Below, one piece after another: positions 20,676-29,746 of a stretch of 64,000 nucleotides of DNA. The position numbers and the translations under genes were made by a program. The stretch lies in assembly GCA_038045945.1 (NCBI GenBank), contig JBBSXC010000001.1, forward strand, positions 32,001 through 96,000. The letters are read 5' to 3'. Numbering within the stretch: the stretch's first letter is position 1; each line of letters begins with the position of its first letter. Under the pieces are notes generated by a model. That model worked only from the letters and a program-made list of their open reading frames with translations. It was not told where the DNA came from and did not search any database. Source of the stretch: Nanobdellota archaeon (GTDB lineage Archaea; Nanobdellota; Nanobdellia; Pacearchaeales; GW2011-AR1).

Positions 20676-21239
20676 TTACTTTTTGTTTATTCCGTAAAGC
20701 ATTTTAGTGTATCCAGAATTATCAATTGATCCTAGACCCTCACCAATCATCGATATTACTTCTTTAATCAATTTTTTCGCCCCCATTATTTCTTTTCTGG
20801 CGTGGCATAAGTATTCTATTTCCATCCAGTACCCTATATTGCTAACTTTGTTTATTTCTATGTGCAGCTTGTTATTCTTTTTGTAAGTGTAAACTTCGCT
20901 TATTTTTTTCTTGTGTATCCATTCTTTGAACCCTAAGTCTTTTTGCAGTTCTAAGAAGAATTTTACGTCGCTTTTATGGTTTAGCACTAGTTCGAATTCT
21001 TCTTTTACAACTACTTCCTTATCTGATAGGTTATCAGACTTTTTTTTGAAGTTTACAACATACTGGTTTTTTACTTTTCTTATCCTGAAGGACTTTTTTG
21101 GGTATCCTTTTATGTGTAATGCGAAATAATCATCATTTTTTGTTTGTTTTTCTTTAAATGTCGCTATTTTTGCTACTTCTTTTTTTATTTTTTTGTAGTC
21201 TAAAATTTTTATTTTTGATTCTACTTCGTACCATGACAT
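20676..21239 (-). CDS. CYTH-domain protein (CyaB-like/triphosphatase)
   Basis: YEVESK, FRIRK, MEIEY. Confidence 0.85.
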   Translation of the reverse strand: MSWYEVESKIKILDYKKIKKEVAKIATFKEKQTKNDDYFALHIKGYPKKSFRIRKVKNQYVVNFKKKSDNLSDKEVVVKEEFELVLNHKSDVKFFLELQKDLGFKEWIHKKKISEVYTYKKNNKLHIEINKVSNIGYWMEIEYLCHARKEIMGAKKLIKEVISMIGEGLGSIDNSGYTKMLYGINKK

Positions 21240-21354
21240 TATTTATTCACCATTCTTTTATGATTTATTAATGGTTTTTTAGTTTTATAAAACTATTCAG
21301 TGCAGAGCAATAGAATTTTTAAAGAAAAAGGTTTCTTTTTTGTGATCAACAGAA

Positions 21355-21711
21355 ATGACTAATACTAAAAAAGAATCTAAAGATAGAAGATTTTTAAGGC
21401 AACCTCGCGAATATGGACCGAATGATTTTTTTGAGGGTGAAAGAGTCGTTATATATTTATTTCCAGAACATGGTCTAGAAGCAGACTTGATTAGAGGTAC
21501 TGTGACGTCAACTGATTCTTATAAAAGATGGTATAACCAGACATTCCCTGCGTTAAGGGTGATAATTGAGGGTTCTGCTTTAACATCTAGTGTAAGAAGT
21601 AGAGTGCCAAGAGAGAATTTTTGGTTAAAAACATCTCTACCTTATGAAACACCAATAGCGTATTATAGAATTGCTAGAAAAAATCCTTATGTTCAAGACC
21701 AGGCTAAATAA
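21355..21711 (+). CDS. Hypothetical protein
   Basis: ORF only. Confidence 0.5.
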   Translation: MTNTKKESKDRRFLRQPREYGPNDFFEGERVVIYLFPEHGLEADLIRGTVTSTDSYKRWYNQTFPALRVIIEGSALTSSVRSRVPRENFWLKTSLPYETPIAYYRIARKNPYVQDQAK

Positions 21712-22220
21712 ACGTATAATTCTTCAAAGAATAATTTTTGTTTTGCTACTATTTTGAATTTGTATCCTTCTCTTACCAAGATTTTTTCTACGTCTGGTGT
21801 CATTGAGCTTGACAAAAATAATATTTTTCCATCTTCTACTAAGAAGTTTTTTGCTCCAATGAGAAATCTTTCTATTATTTCGTTGCCTTTTTCTCCTCCG
21901 CTGGTTATTACTGCGCTTTCTTCATCTTCTAATTCTTCTTTTGGTAGGTATGGTGGATTAAATATTATTATGTGGAATTTGTCTGATTCTGGTACGTTAT
22001 CGAATAAGTCTGATTGTTTTGTTTTTATTCCTAAATTTTTGCAGAATTTTACTGCTTCCTGGTTTATGTCTACTGCGTATACTTCTGCTCCGCACTCTTT
22101 TGCTTCTAGTGCTAGTATTCCGCTTCCTGTTCCCACGTCTAATACTTTCATTCCTTCTTTTACGTAGTCGCTTATTTCGTACTTTAGTAAAAACGAGTCT
22201 TCTGCTGGTTCGTAAATCAT
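21693..22220 (-). CDS. HemK2/PrmC-type release-factor glutamine methyltransferase
   Basis: YEPAEDSFLL, LDVGTGSG, NPPY. Confidence 0.9.
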   Translation of the reverse strand: MIYEPAEDSFLLKYEISDYVKEGMKVLDVGTGSGILALEAKECGAEVYAVDINQEAVKFCKNLGIKTKQSDLFDNVPESDKFHIIIFNPPYLPKEELEDEESAVITSGGEKGNEIIERFLIGAKNFLVEDGKILFLSSSMTPDVEKILVREGYKFKIVAKQKLFFEELYVYLAWS

Positions 22221-22412
22221 GAAAATTTCCCTCTTCTAATTTTCAGGATGTCGAAATGTACACATTTCTTAATCATAAATTTATTGTAATACTTCCCCAT
22301 ATAAACCTTTTTATGTCAAGAAGATTGTTTTTTTATTATCATAAATTTTTTATGCAGAACTTTAAAAGTTTGTAATCAGAACTTTTATATACTAGTTATG
22401 CTATAATGTATT

Positions 22413-22493
22413 ATGTTAGTTATAAGACAGCTTACAACAATGAATTCTATTAAGGCTGGCTGTGCTTATGATAATATTAAGTGCTTCTACTGA
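22413..22493 (+). CDS. Putative 26-aa leaderless peptide MLVIRQLTTMNSIKAGCAYDNIKCFY
   Basis: TTTTATATA box at 22383-22391, then ATG; precedes a wHTH gene. Confidence 0.45.
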   Translation: MLVIRQLTTMNSIKAGCAYDNIKCFY

Positions 22494-22543
22494 AGAGCTC
22501 TTAATAAATAACTAAAAATTTCTTAAGAAACATCTTCCAAAAC

Positions 22544-22861
22544 ATGACACTTAAATCTATAACCCCTGAACTTGAACATAAGCTGACAGTTAGCAACTTA
22601 GTCTTTTTAGCTATTAGTAAGCTTAGTATTAGGCAGCTTGAAATATTGAAGAAGGTTCACAAGTATCATAGTGTTAAGTCTTCTTCTCTTATTCGTGAGG
22701 TTGAGAGAAGGCTTGGTTTTTCTAAGAAGAAGACGATTAGTGAGATTGAGGAATTGGGTGAACTAAAACTTCTTGCTCCTAGGATTATTGATAATAGCAG
22801 GGAGCTTGAGCTTACTGAGCTTGGTGAACTTATAACTGCTGAAGTTGAAAGAGAAGTATAA
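22544..22861 (+). CDS. Small winged-helix DNA-binding protein
   Basis: HTH then wing ELELTELGE. Confidence 0.7.
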   Translation: MTLKSITPELEHKLTVSNLVFLAISKLSIRQLEILKKVHKYHSVKSSSLIREVERRLGFSKKKTISEIEELGELKLLAPRIIDNSRELELTELGELITAEVEREV

Positions 22862-22867
22862 AAAATT

Positions 22868-24139
22868 TTAGTCAAGAATAATTGGTTTTGCTGTATTCAA
22901 AATGTTATCAAAGACTTTTTTTACTTTTGTGAAGTTTTTGTTACCTAATGATTTGTGTAGTATCGCTACAGGATGGTAACCCAAGTATTCTCCAACCATC
23001 ATTTTGTCATTAACAGAATGCATTAATTCTTCATTGTCCACGATTATCATTGGTGCAGCTATTTTTCCAGGATAAGTGTAAACCGATAAGTTTTTTGATT
23101 TTCCAGAACGAAGATATATGTCTCTTAAATTTGCTACTGTTGCTAACCATTCATGCATCATGCGGCTGTCTTTAACATTTTTAACAAATTTTTCTTCTGT
23201 AAACACTCTTTCTTGAAATTCTTTAGTTGATGAGTCGGCTAATAACACTCTTACTTGCTGGTCTTTTTTTATTAGTTCTATTATTTTTTTACGCCCTTCA
23301 TGAACAGCTGATAGGCATGTTGATCCTAAAATATCTATTGACTTATTTGCTTTTTCGAAAAAGTTGTACAGGTTTATTTCGTGACGTGAATCAAAAACCT
23401 TTTTGTCGCTTAATGCTATTGCCCATAATTTTTCAAAATAACTTTGAAATGATGCTGCTGCGCTTTGAGAGTGGATAACTACTGATATTATTGGTCTTGC
23501 ATCCCATAAAACCCATGCTACTTTATCTCCATAAACCCATGTGGAGGTTGAGCTTTTGTGAGCGGACTTTAAAAAACGCAGTTCTCCGCTAATATTCTTC
23601 ATAAATGGTAGTGAGTCTGACAAGTCGTTAAGAATAACTCTTGATTTTACACCAAGCCTCTTTTTTTTCATTTGAGCTGATTTGTAGTAGTCTTCTCCGA
23701 CGTTACGAACCATTTCGCTACTTCTTCCTATTGCCACGTATTCCTTTTTCGTTTTAGCACACCAGTCTAACATTCCTTCAAAAAATGATTTGAAACCGTT
23801 AAATCCTATTAGTGTATCGATTTTTGATTCTTTTTCGGTTTCTCTTAATGATTTAGAACTATCAATTATTTTTTTTATTTTTGCTAGTTCGCTCTTTAGG
23901 TTATCTTTTGCTTCCTCACCATATCTTTGCAAGGCCATTATGTTAATAGAATAAACTTTTAGCCCGTTTGTTAGGTTGCATAAAACAAGGCCTTTTTCTT
24001 CTAATCTTCTTATAGAGTTGTAAGCTGTTCCTTTGTGAAGTCCTAGATGTTTAATTACGCTACCAAGTGATGTTTCTCCAGCTGTTAAAACTTCGTTAAA
24101 TATTGATTCTTCTACCTTTGTTAGCTTAAATGTCTTCAT
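22868..24139 (-). CDS. TrmB-like regulator with two effector/PLD-like domains
   Basis: GLHKGTAYNSIRRLEEKGLV HTH; TWVYGDKVAW; second domain IDILG...VRVLL...MIIVDN. Confidence 0.75.
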   Translation of the reverse strand: MKTFKLTKVEESIFNEVLTAGETSLGSVIKHLGLHKGTAYNSIRRLEEKGLVLCNLTNGLKVYSINIMALQRYGEEAKDNLKSELAKIKKIIDSSKSLRETEKESKIDTLIGFNGFKSFFEGMLDWCAKTKKEYVAIGRSSEMVRNVGEDYYKSAQMKKKRLGVKSRVILNDLSDSLPFMKNISGELRFLKSAHKSSTSTWVYGDKVAWVLWDARPIISVVIHSQSAAASFQSYFEKLWAIALSDKKVFDSRHEINLYNFFEKANKSIDILGSTCLSAVHEGRKKIIELIKKDQQVRVLLADSSTKEFQERVFTEEKFVKNVKDSRMMHEWLATVANLRDIYLRSGKSKNLSVYTYPGKIAAPMIIVDNEELMHSVNDKMMVGEYLGYHPVAILHKSLGNKNFTKVKKVFDNILNTAKPIILD

Positions 24140-24225
24140 AGTAGTCGTATAAGGCGACTAATCTTGTTTAAATATATTGTTATTTTGTTTTATTAATGAA
24201 TGATTGGAGGAATGACTGATTTATC

Positions 24226-25044
24226 ATGGGGATCTATATACCGTATCCCTCTTCAAATCATACTACATCTGTAAGTGACTTTGTTATAACTACTTTAACT
24301 TCTAAATGGCCTTTAACTGCTAAAAAACTCCATTACCATATTAAGTCTTATCAGAATTGTTCTTATCAGGGCGTTCATAAAGCTCTTAAACAACTTTTAG
24401 AGTTTCAAGTTGTTGAAAAGGTTGGTAGAGAGTACTTTATCAGTAAGGATTGGTTACGATCCACTGCTAATCATTTGAAGCTTATTGAGCAGCAGTATAA
24501 TAAGCCTAATAAAGCGGTTAATAACACTTTTATTTTTAATAGTTTAGAAGAAGCTGAGAGGTTTAAGAACGATCTTCATTGGAATCATCTTTATCATGGT
24601 GGACCTCAGGTCCTTTATGCTCATGTTTATCATTTAAGGTCTCCTATTATTAATACTGAGAGCATTCTTAAAAAGATTGAGAAGGATAGAGCTTCTAATA
24701 ATGAGTCTTTTATTATTGTTCATGGCCAGACTAAGCTTGATAAGCATTGTAAGCATTTTTATGAGCAGTCTGGCAAGAATAATGTTGTACTTGGTAAAAT
24801 TTTAGAAAATGATTGTGAGTTAAGAGTTATGGGTGATACTATAACTCAGATGTATCTTCCTAAAGAGCTTATTAGTCAACTTGACGAGTTTTATGATTCT
24901 GCTTCTATTAATAATCTCGAATTATACAAATTGTATGGTTTATTCAAAGAACAACACCAGATCAGGATTACTGTAACTATTAATAAGGAAATGGCTAACT
25001 TGTTAAAAAAGCAGATTCTTCAGTCTTTTATATCTTCAAATTGA
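24226..25044 (+). CDS. wHTH transcriptional regulator with C-terminal effector domain
   Basis: WPLTAKKL, SYQGVHKALKQL, VMGDTITQ. Confidence 0.7.
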   Translation: MGIYIPYPSSNHTTSVSDFVITTLTSKWPLTAKKLHYHIKSYQNCSYQGVHKALKQLLEFQVVEKVGREYFISKDWLRSTANHLKLIEQQYNKPNKAVNNTFIFNSLEEAERFKNDLHWNHLYHGGPQVLYAHVYHLRSPIINTESILKKIEKDRASNNESFIIVHGQTKLDKHCKHFYEQSGKNNVVLGKILENDCELRVMGDTITQMYLPKELISQLDEFYDSASINNLELYKLYGLFKEQHQIRITVTINKEMANLLKKQILQSFISSN

Positions 25045-25732
25045 ATACTCTGATGGCATTGCCATGTAATATCAGGTTTTTTTCTTCTTGTGTTAATTCA
25101 GATTTTAACACTTTTAGTATTTCTATTTGGTGATCTGAGAATGGTACGTCTGATCCGAACATTATTCTGTCTGCCCCTACTTGTTTTGCTCTTAGTTTTA
25201 TTATGAATGGTGATGATACTATTGATGTTTCCACGTACACATTGTCGCATGCTTGCATTCTTGAGAAGAATTCGTCTGAGTCTCCAGCAAAATGTCCAAA
25301 CACGAATGGTATTTTTGGGTAACGTTTAGCTAATGTTAATAATCTTTCTGGATCTGTTGATGATAATCCTTCTTTTCTTGTGTGTATTATTATGGGTTTT
25401 GATTTTTCTGATAATATTTTGAAGAACCATGATAATTGTTCATCTAAAGGGTCAAAGTCTTCTCCTCTAGGGTGGAGTTTTATTGCTACAAAATCGTCTA
25501 ATACTCTAACAAGTATATTACGATCAATCACTTTAGGATTGCATCTTAAGACTGGTAATAAGTCTTGATGTAAATCTCTTAACTCTAAACTATGCTCAAA
25601 AACATCTCTCTGAGATTTTAGAGGAAAAACAAGTGATTTAGTCACACCATGTTTTTTCATTGATTCTAACAGTTGTAGTGAGTTAAGACCTGTTTTTCCT
25701 TCTCCAACATGTGTATGGACATCAATTATCAT
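25028..25732 (-). CDS. Amidohydrolase_2-family metal-dependent hydrolase
   Basis: DVHTH, KLHP, IIHT, FGH, MFGSDVPF. Confidence 0.88.
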   Translation of the reverse strand: MIIDVHTHVGEGKTGLNSLQLLESMKKHGVTKSLVFPLKSQRDVFEHSLELRDLHQDLLPVLRCNPKVIDRNILVRVLDDFVAIKLHPRGEDFDPLDEQLSWFFKILSEKSKPIIIHTRKEGLSSTDPERLLTLAKRYPKIPFVFGHFAGDSDEFFSRMQACDNVYVETSIVSSPFIIKLRAKQVGADRIMFGSDVPFSDHQIEILKVLKSELTQEEKNLILHGNAIRVFNLKI

Positions 25733-26280
25733 AATAATTCTACTCCTATACCAAATGCGTCTCCTCTTTCATATCTTAATACACTATATGTTCTATTTAA
25801 GTTGTCATCCTTTGATAATGGACGAGTTTTTGTCAGCATTCGTCCATAACATCCCTCGACTATTTTTCTTGTTATTTTATAATCTTTTATTTTTTCTTCA
25901 GATACGCATTCATCTAGTATGTTTCTTAATGAATGTTCAATAATAGGGTTTTGTGTTGTTGTTTTTATATTCCTTAGTTTACGTGATAGTCCTTCATCAA
26001 CTCTGCACCTCAAAAGGCTATAATAATGACCATTTTTGTGTTTTTCTTCTCTTACTACTGAGCCTGCTAAGTAAAAACTTCCTTCTGATAGGCTCATTGA
26101 TGAAAAGCCTACAGCCTTCCCACGTTCATAAGTAACAAATACTAATTCTGGTTCCTGTATATGCCTCTTTACTTCTTCTGGGCTCATTCCTGAACCAAAA
26201 GTAGCAATTGATAAGTCTACTAGTTCATTCATAACACCTTCTGGTATTGGATTTGTTGATTTTTCGAACTTGTTTATCAT
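25729..26280 (-). CDS. GNAT-fold acyltransferase
   Basis: AVGFS, YLAGSVVREEKHKNGHY (motif-A-like), TTTQNP. Confidence 0.7.
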   Translation of the reverse strand: MINKFEKSTNPIPEGVMNELVDLSIATFGSGMSPEEVKRHIQEPELVFVTYERGKAVGFSSMSLSEGSFYLAGSVVREEKHKNGHYYSLLRCRVDEGLSRKLRNIKTTTQNPIIEHSLRNILDECVSEEKIKDYKITRKIVEGCYGRMLTKTRPLSKDDNLNRTYSVLRYERGDAFGIGVELL

Positions 26281-26846
26281 AATGGTTCTCCTAAAATTAT
26301 TCTATTCTCTCTTGATGTTACAGGTAAAAATTTTATTTCGGCTTCGAACCCTTCGCTTTTAACTCTTCTTAATCTTGCTTCATCTATGAAGTGTCCAACT
26401 GATTGATAATTCTGAACGCTTTCACCACGCATTAAGTCAGCATATGCCAGAAGATTTCTTTGTGTATGACAACATGTTTGCACAACAAATGGACTTTTGT
26501 TTTTTACTGCTGCTGATATTAATTTGTCTGTTAATTCTCCACATAAGTGCAAACCTGTTAGGAATGCATCTGTTGGTATATCCGTATAATCTTCTATTCT
26601 GCCTACAAATCTAATAAATGGCTTCTTTATTAGTGCAGAATAATAATCAGCTTTTCTTATTAATGCTGGTTCAACCGTTCTTACTGACTTAACACTGTCA
26701 TGTCTTGATAGCATGTAAGCTAATTGATGATCACCTGAGCCTACATCAACTATTTCATAACCGCCTGATATAGAATCAAAAAATTTTGTTGCTTCTTTAT
26801 AAAAAGCGAGAACCTTGTCATCAAGGTTAATCTTTCTCTTAGACAT
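26277..26846 (-). CDS. Class I SAM methyltransferase (Methyltransf_32-like)
   Basis: IVDVGSG, GLHLCGELTD, TCCH, SRENRII; start overlaps the upstream stop. Confidence 0.8.
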   Translation of the reverse strand: MSKRKINLDDKVLAFYKEATKFFDSISGGYEIVDVGSGDHQLAYMLSRHDSVKSVRTVEPALIRKADYYSALIKKPFIRFVGRIEDYTDIPTDAFLTGLHLCGELTDKLISAAVKNKSPFVVQTCCHTQRNLLAYADLMRGESVQNYQSVGHFIDEARLRRVKSEGFEAEIKFLPVTSRENRIILGEPL

Positions 26847-28401
26847 CTCTAGCCACCATTCTACCGACATGGTACAAGTGTTTAATTAATCCATTAACTC
26901 TTTCATCTGTATGGTGATTCATTATTTGGACGTATAATCCTCCAAATCCTTCCGCTTTTTCGTTTAGCCCTACTTTTCTTTTTGATTCTTTGTATGCTGC
27001 TAAGTCTTCTAGTGTTCTTACTTTCATAGTATCACTGTGGGATATGTAGTATCTTTCTTCGTCTCCTGATTCATTAATCCTGTGATATACTCGATCATTA
27101 GCTTTATGTCCCCCTTCTTTCATCTCAAATGGTATTATTGGGCATGCTGAACCAGTTATTAATTTGAACGGGCTTTCTGGGCTTTCTAGTGCTTGTGATA
27201 ATTTTTTTGTTAGTCCTTGCATCCTTTCTGCTTCTTTCCTTAGACCGCTCATTCCTCTGCTTGTTAAATAAGCCCATAGCATTACCGCGTTATGGCCTGA
27301 TCTTGATATGAACATTCCGGGTAATTGTCCCATTTCTTCAACAAATTCATAACCTTGGCTTTTATCACTGTGTAAATATGGTGATTCTAGACTTGTCTCG
27401 TTCATTAGTTCTGTATCTCTGAACATTACAACTCCTCCCCCGTATACTGCCCCTGGTGTTTTGTGAGGGTCTAAAATTATTGCTTTTACTCCTTCTATCC
27501 CAAAGTCCCATTCTTGATGGATTGATTTTTCTCCAATAACAGATGAGAACAAAAATTGTTGTGCTGCATCCACAATTATTGGTGGAGTATTTTTTCCTCC
27601 GTATTTTTCTTTTAGTATTTCAAACATCTCACTTACTTTGTCAAGTCTTCCCTTACTAACGTCACCTACTGTTGGAATAACTGCTAGTATATTATCTCCT
27701 TGCTTGTGAATTTCATCAATTCTTTCTCTAAAACTTTTAAGGTCTGTTTGATATTTATTATCTAATCCATAGTGTACGACTGAGTCAATACCTAAGCCTA
27801 AAACATCTGCTGCTCTCTCAACACATAGATGTGCGTCAACGGGTACAAGAATTTTTGGTTTGTCTCCTAAGAAACTTTGTAAGCCTGAAGCTCTAATTTT
27901 TGGTTTATCATGTTTGTTATTGTTTGCGAATGAAAAACCTTCTTTTTCTCTGAAATATTTGTTTCTAAAGGAATAAAGTGCTTGAGTCATTGATTCGCTG
28001 CCTCCCGAGGTAAACCAGGCGTTGCATCTTCTAATGTTTGGGTGGTGCATTAATTCGCCAAGCATGCTCATTGTTTCCCTTTCTAACTCAAACATTCCTA
28101 CAAACATTGCAGGATCAACCAGGTTAGGGTGTATTCTTCCAACTACACTAGCTGCTAGACTATAAGAGAATTGGTCTGGTAAAGTTCCAGGTTTAGCGTC
28201 CATTATTCCTTTATCATAACGAACGGCGCATCTTTCAACTGCTTTTTCCACTTCTTCGACTAATAATTCTTTATCAATGCCTTTTTCTGGTATTTTAAAG
28301 CATCTTTTTCTTTGTGGAATTATATCAACTAACTTTTTTTTGTTTTGTTGTTTTTCTGAAGAATGATAGCGCTGTATTGGATCAAAAAAATCTGCTGTCA
28401 T
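26839..28401 (-). CDS. Group II PLP-dependent decarboxylase (MfnA/TDC/GAD-like)
   Basis: TSGGSES, AH..ERAA.VLG, VDAA, Schiff-base DPHK, SPYL, SRSG. Confidence 0.85.
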   Translation of the reverse strand: MTADFFDPIQRYHSSEKQQNKKKLVDIIPQRKRCFKIPEKGIDKELLVEEVEKAVERCAVRYDKGIMDAKPGTLPDQFSYSLAASVVGRIHPNLVDPAMFVGMFELERETMSMLGELMHHPNIRRCNAWFTSGGSESMTQALYSFRNKYFREKEGFSFANNNKHDKPKIRASGLQSFLGDKPKILVPVDAHLCVERAADVLGLGIDSVVHYGLDNKYQTDLKSFRERIDEIHKQGDNILAVIPTVGDVSKGRLDKVSEMFEILKEKYGGKNTPPIIVDAAQQFLFSSVIGEKSIHQEWDFGIEGVKAIILDPHKTPGAVYGGGVVMFRDTELMNETSLESPYLHSDKSQGYEFVEEMGQLPGMFISRSGHNAVMLWAYLTSRGMSGLRKEAERMQGLTKKLSQALESPESPFKLITGSACPIIPFEMKEGGHKANDRVYHRINESGDEERYYISHSDTMKVRTLEDLAAYKESKRKVGLNEKAEGFGGLYVQIMNHHTDERVNGLIKHLYHVGRMVARDV

Positions 28402-28403
28402 TT

Positions 28404-29438
28404 CTAATAGTATTTTAGAAGCATTACTTTTCTTACTTCTTCCATAGTTTTGCTTGCTTCCTCCCTTGCTTTTTCTCCTCCTTCTCTTAGTACTGTCTCT
28501 ATTGTTTTGTCTGATATGCTGTCAAACCTGTTTCTGTATTCTTTGTATGTTGTTGACATTAATGGTGGTAGTTTTTGTTTGCATTCTCCACATCCTAGTA
28601 TTGCTTGCCTACAACCGTAGTATACTTCAGCGAATTTTTCTTGGTTGTATATTCTGTGAAGGTCGTAAACGCTGCATTCGTCTGGGTTTCCTGCGACTTG
28701 CATACTTGTTCTTTTTGGGTCTATTCTCATCTTTGCAACTTTTTCTGATAATGTTTTTCCTGTGTCTTGTGGGCTTATCGTGTTTGCGTAACTCTTTGAC
28801 ATTTTTCTTCCGTCTGTTCCTAGTATTCTTGGCGCGTTACTTGTCAGTATTTCTGGTACTGGGAATATTGGTCCGTATGTTGCGTTGAATCTTTTTGCTA
28901 ATTCTTGGCATAGTTCTATGTGTGGTTTTTGGTCGTCTCCTACAGGTACATATTTTGCTTTGTGTACTAGTATGTCTGCTGCTTGTAATAATGGGTATCC
29001 TAAAAACCCGTAACTTACTTGGTCTGCTTCTAATTTTTTTCTGTTATGTCCTTCTTCTTTCATTATTTGTACGTATTCTGTGAATGTTGGCATTCTCTGA
29101 AGTCTTGCTACTGTGTTTAGCATTGATAACGCTACGTGTAACTCTGCGTGTTGTGGTACGTCTGATTGTACAAATATTGTTGATTTTTTTGGGTCTATTC
29201 CGAAAGCTAACCAGTCACGAACCATGTCATAAGTGTTTTTTCTTATTTCTTTTGATTCTGTGTTTGTTGTTAGTGCGTGCCAGTCTGCTACGAAGAATTT
29301 GCATGCGTATTCTTCTTGTAATTGTAACCATTTTCTTAATACTCCTTCTATGTGCCCTATGTGTAGTCTTCCTGTTGGTCTCATCCCGGATAATACTGTA
29401 GGTTTTAATTCATCATTAGTTTTTTCTTCTAAACTCAT
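28404..29438 (-). CDS. trpS: Tryptophanyl-tRNA synthetase, bacterial type
   Basis: SGMRPTGRLHIGH, ADWHALT, QS.V, YPLLQAADIL, VPVGDDQ, KMSKS. Confidence 0.93.
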   Translation of the reverse strand: MSLEEKTNDELKPTVLSGMRPTGRLHIGHIEGVLRKWLQLQEEYACKFFVADWHALTTNTESKEIRKNTYDMVRDWLAFGIDPKKSTIFVQSDVPQHAELHVALSMLNTVARLQRMPTFTEYVQIMKEEGHNRKKLEADQVSYGFLGYPLLQAADILVHKAKYVPVGDDQKPHIELCQELAKRFNATYGPIFPVPEILTSNAPRILGTDGRKMSKSYANTISPQDTGKTLSEKVAKMRIDPKRTSMQVAGNPDECSVYDLHRIYNQEKFAEVYYGCRQAILGCGECKQKLPPLMSTTYKEYRNRFDSISDKTIETVLREGGEKAREEASKTMEEVRKVMLLKYY

Positions 29439-29603
29439 AATTATTCATTATTAAAAAGAAACGAAATAGCTTTGGTTGAAGCTTATTCTTTTTTTAGTGT
29501 TATTATTATAAACTAATAGTTGATTTTTTCCTTTATTACTTTAGTATTATGTAGTTTTTCTTGCACAAAACCTTTTTATAGCTCATTATTCCTTGTTTAT
29601 TTA

Positions 29604-29690
29604 ATGGAAAGAAGTTTTGGTTCATTAGTCATGGTTTGTAGTATTATGCCTAGATGGACTTATACACCTTCTTCTCATATTTTTGGTTAA
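29604..29690 (+). CDS. Putative 28-aa leaderless peptide MERSFGSLVMVCSIMPRWTYTPSSHIFG
   Basis: TTTTTATA box at 29573-29580, then ATG; precedes a wHTH gene. Confidence 0.45.
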   Translation: MERSFGSLVMVCSIMPRWTYTPSSHIFG

Positions 29691-29746
29691 GAGGCTAATT
29701 TTTTAGCACTTCTTAAAAAAATAAACTTTTTTACCTCTAAACCAAA

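Noticed and set aside
29468-29484. AGCTT-CAACCA-AAGCT hairpin upstream of trpS as a tRNA-Trp mimic or T-box
   Set aside because: Too short; no T-box or anticodon-loop consensus
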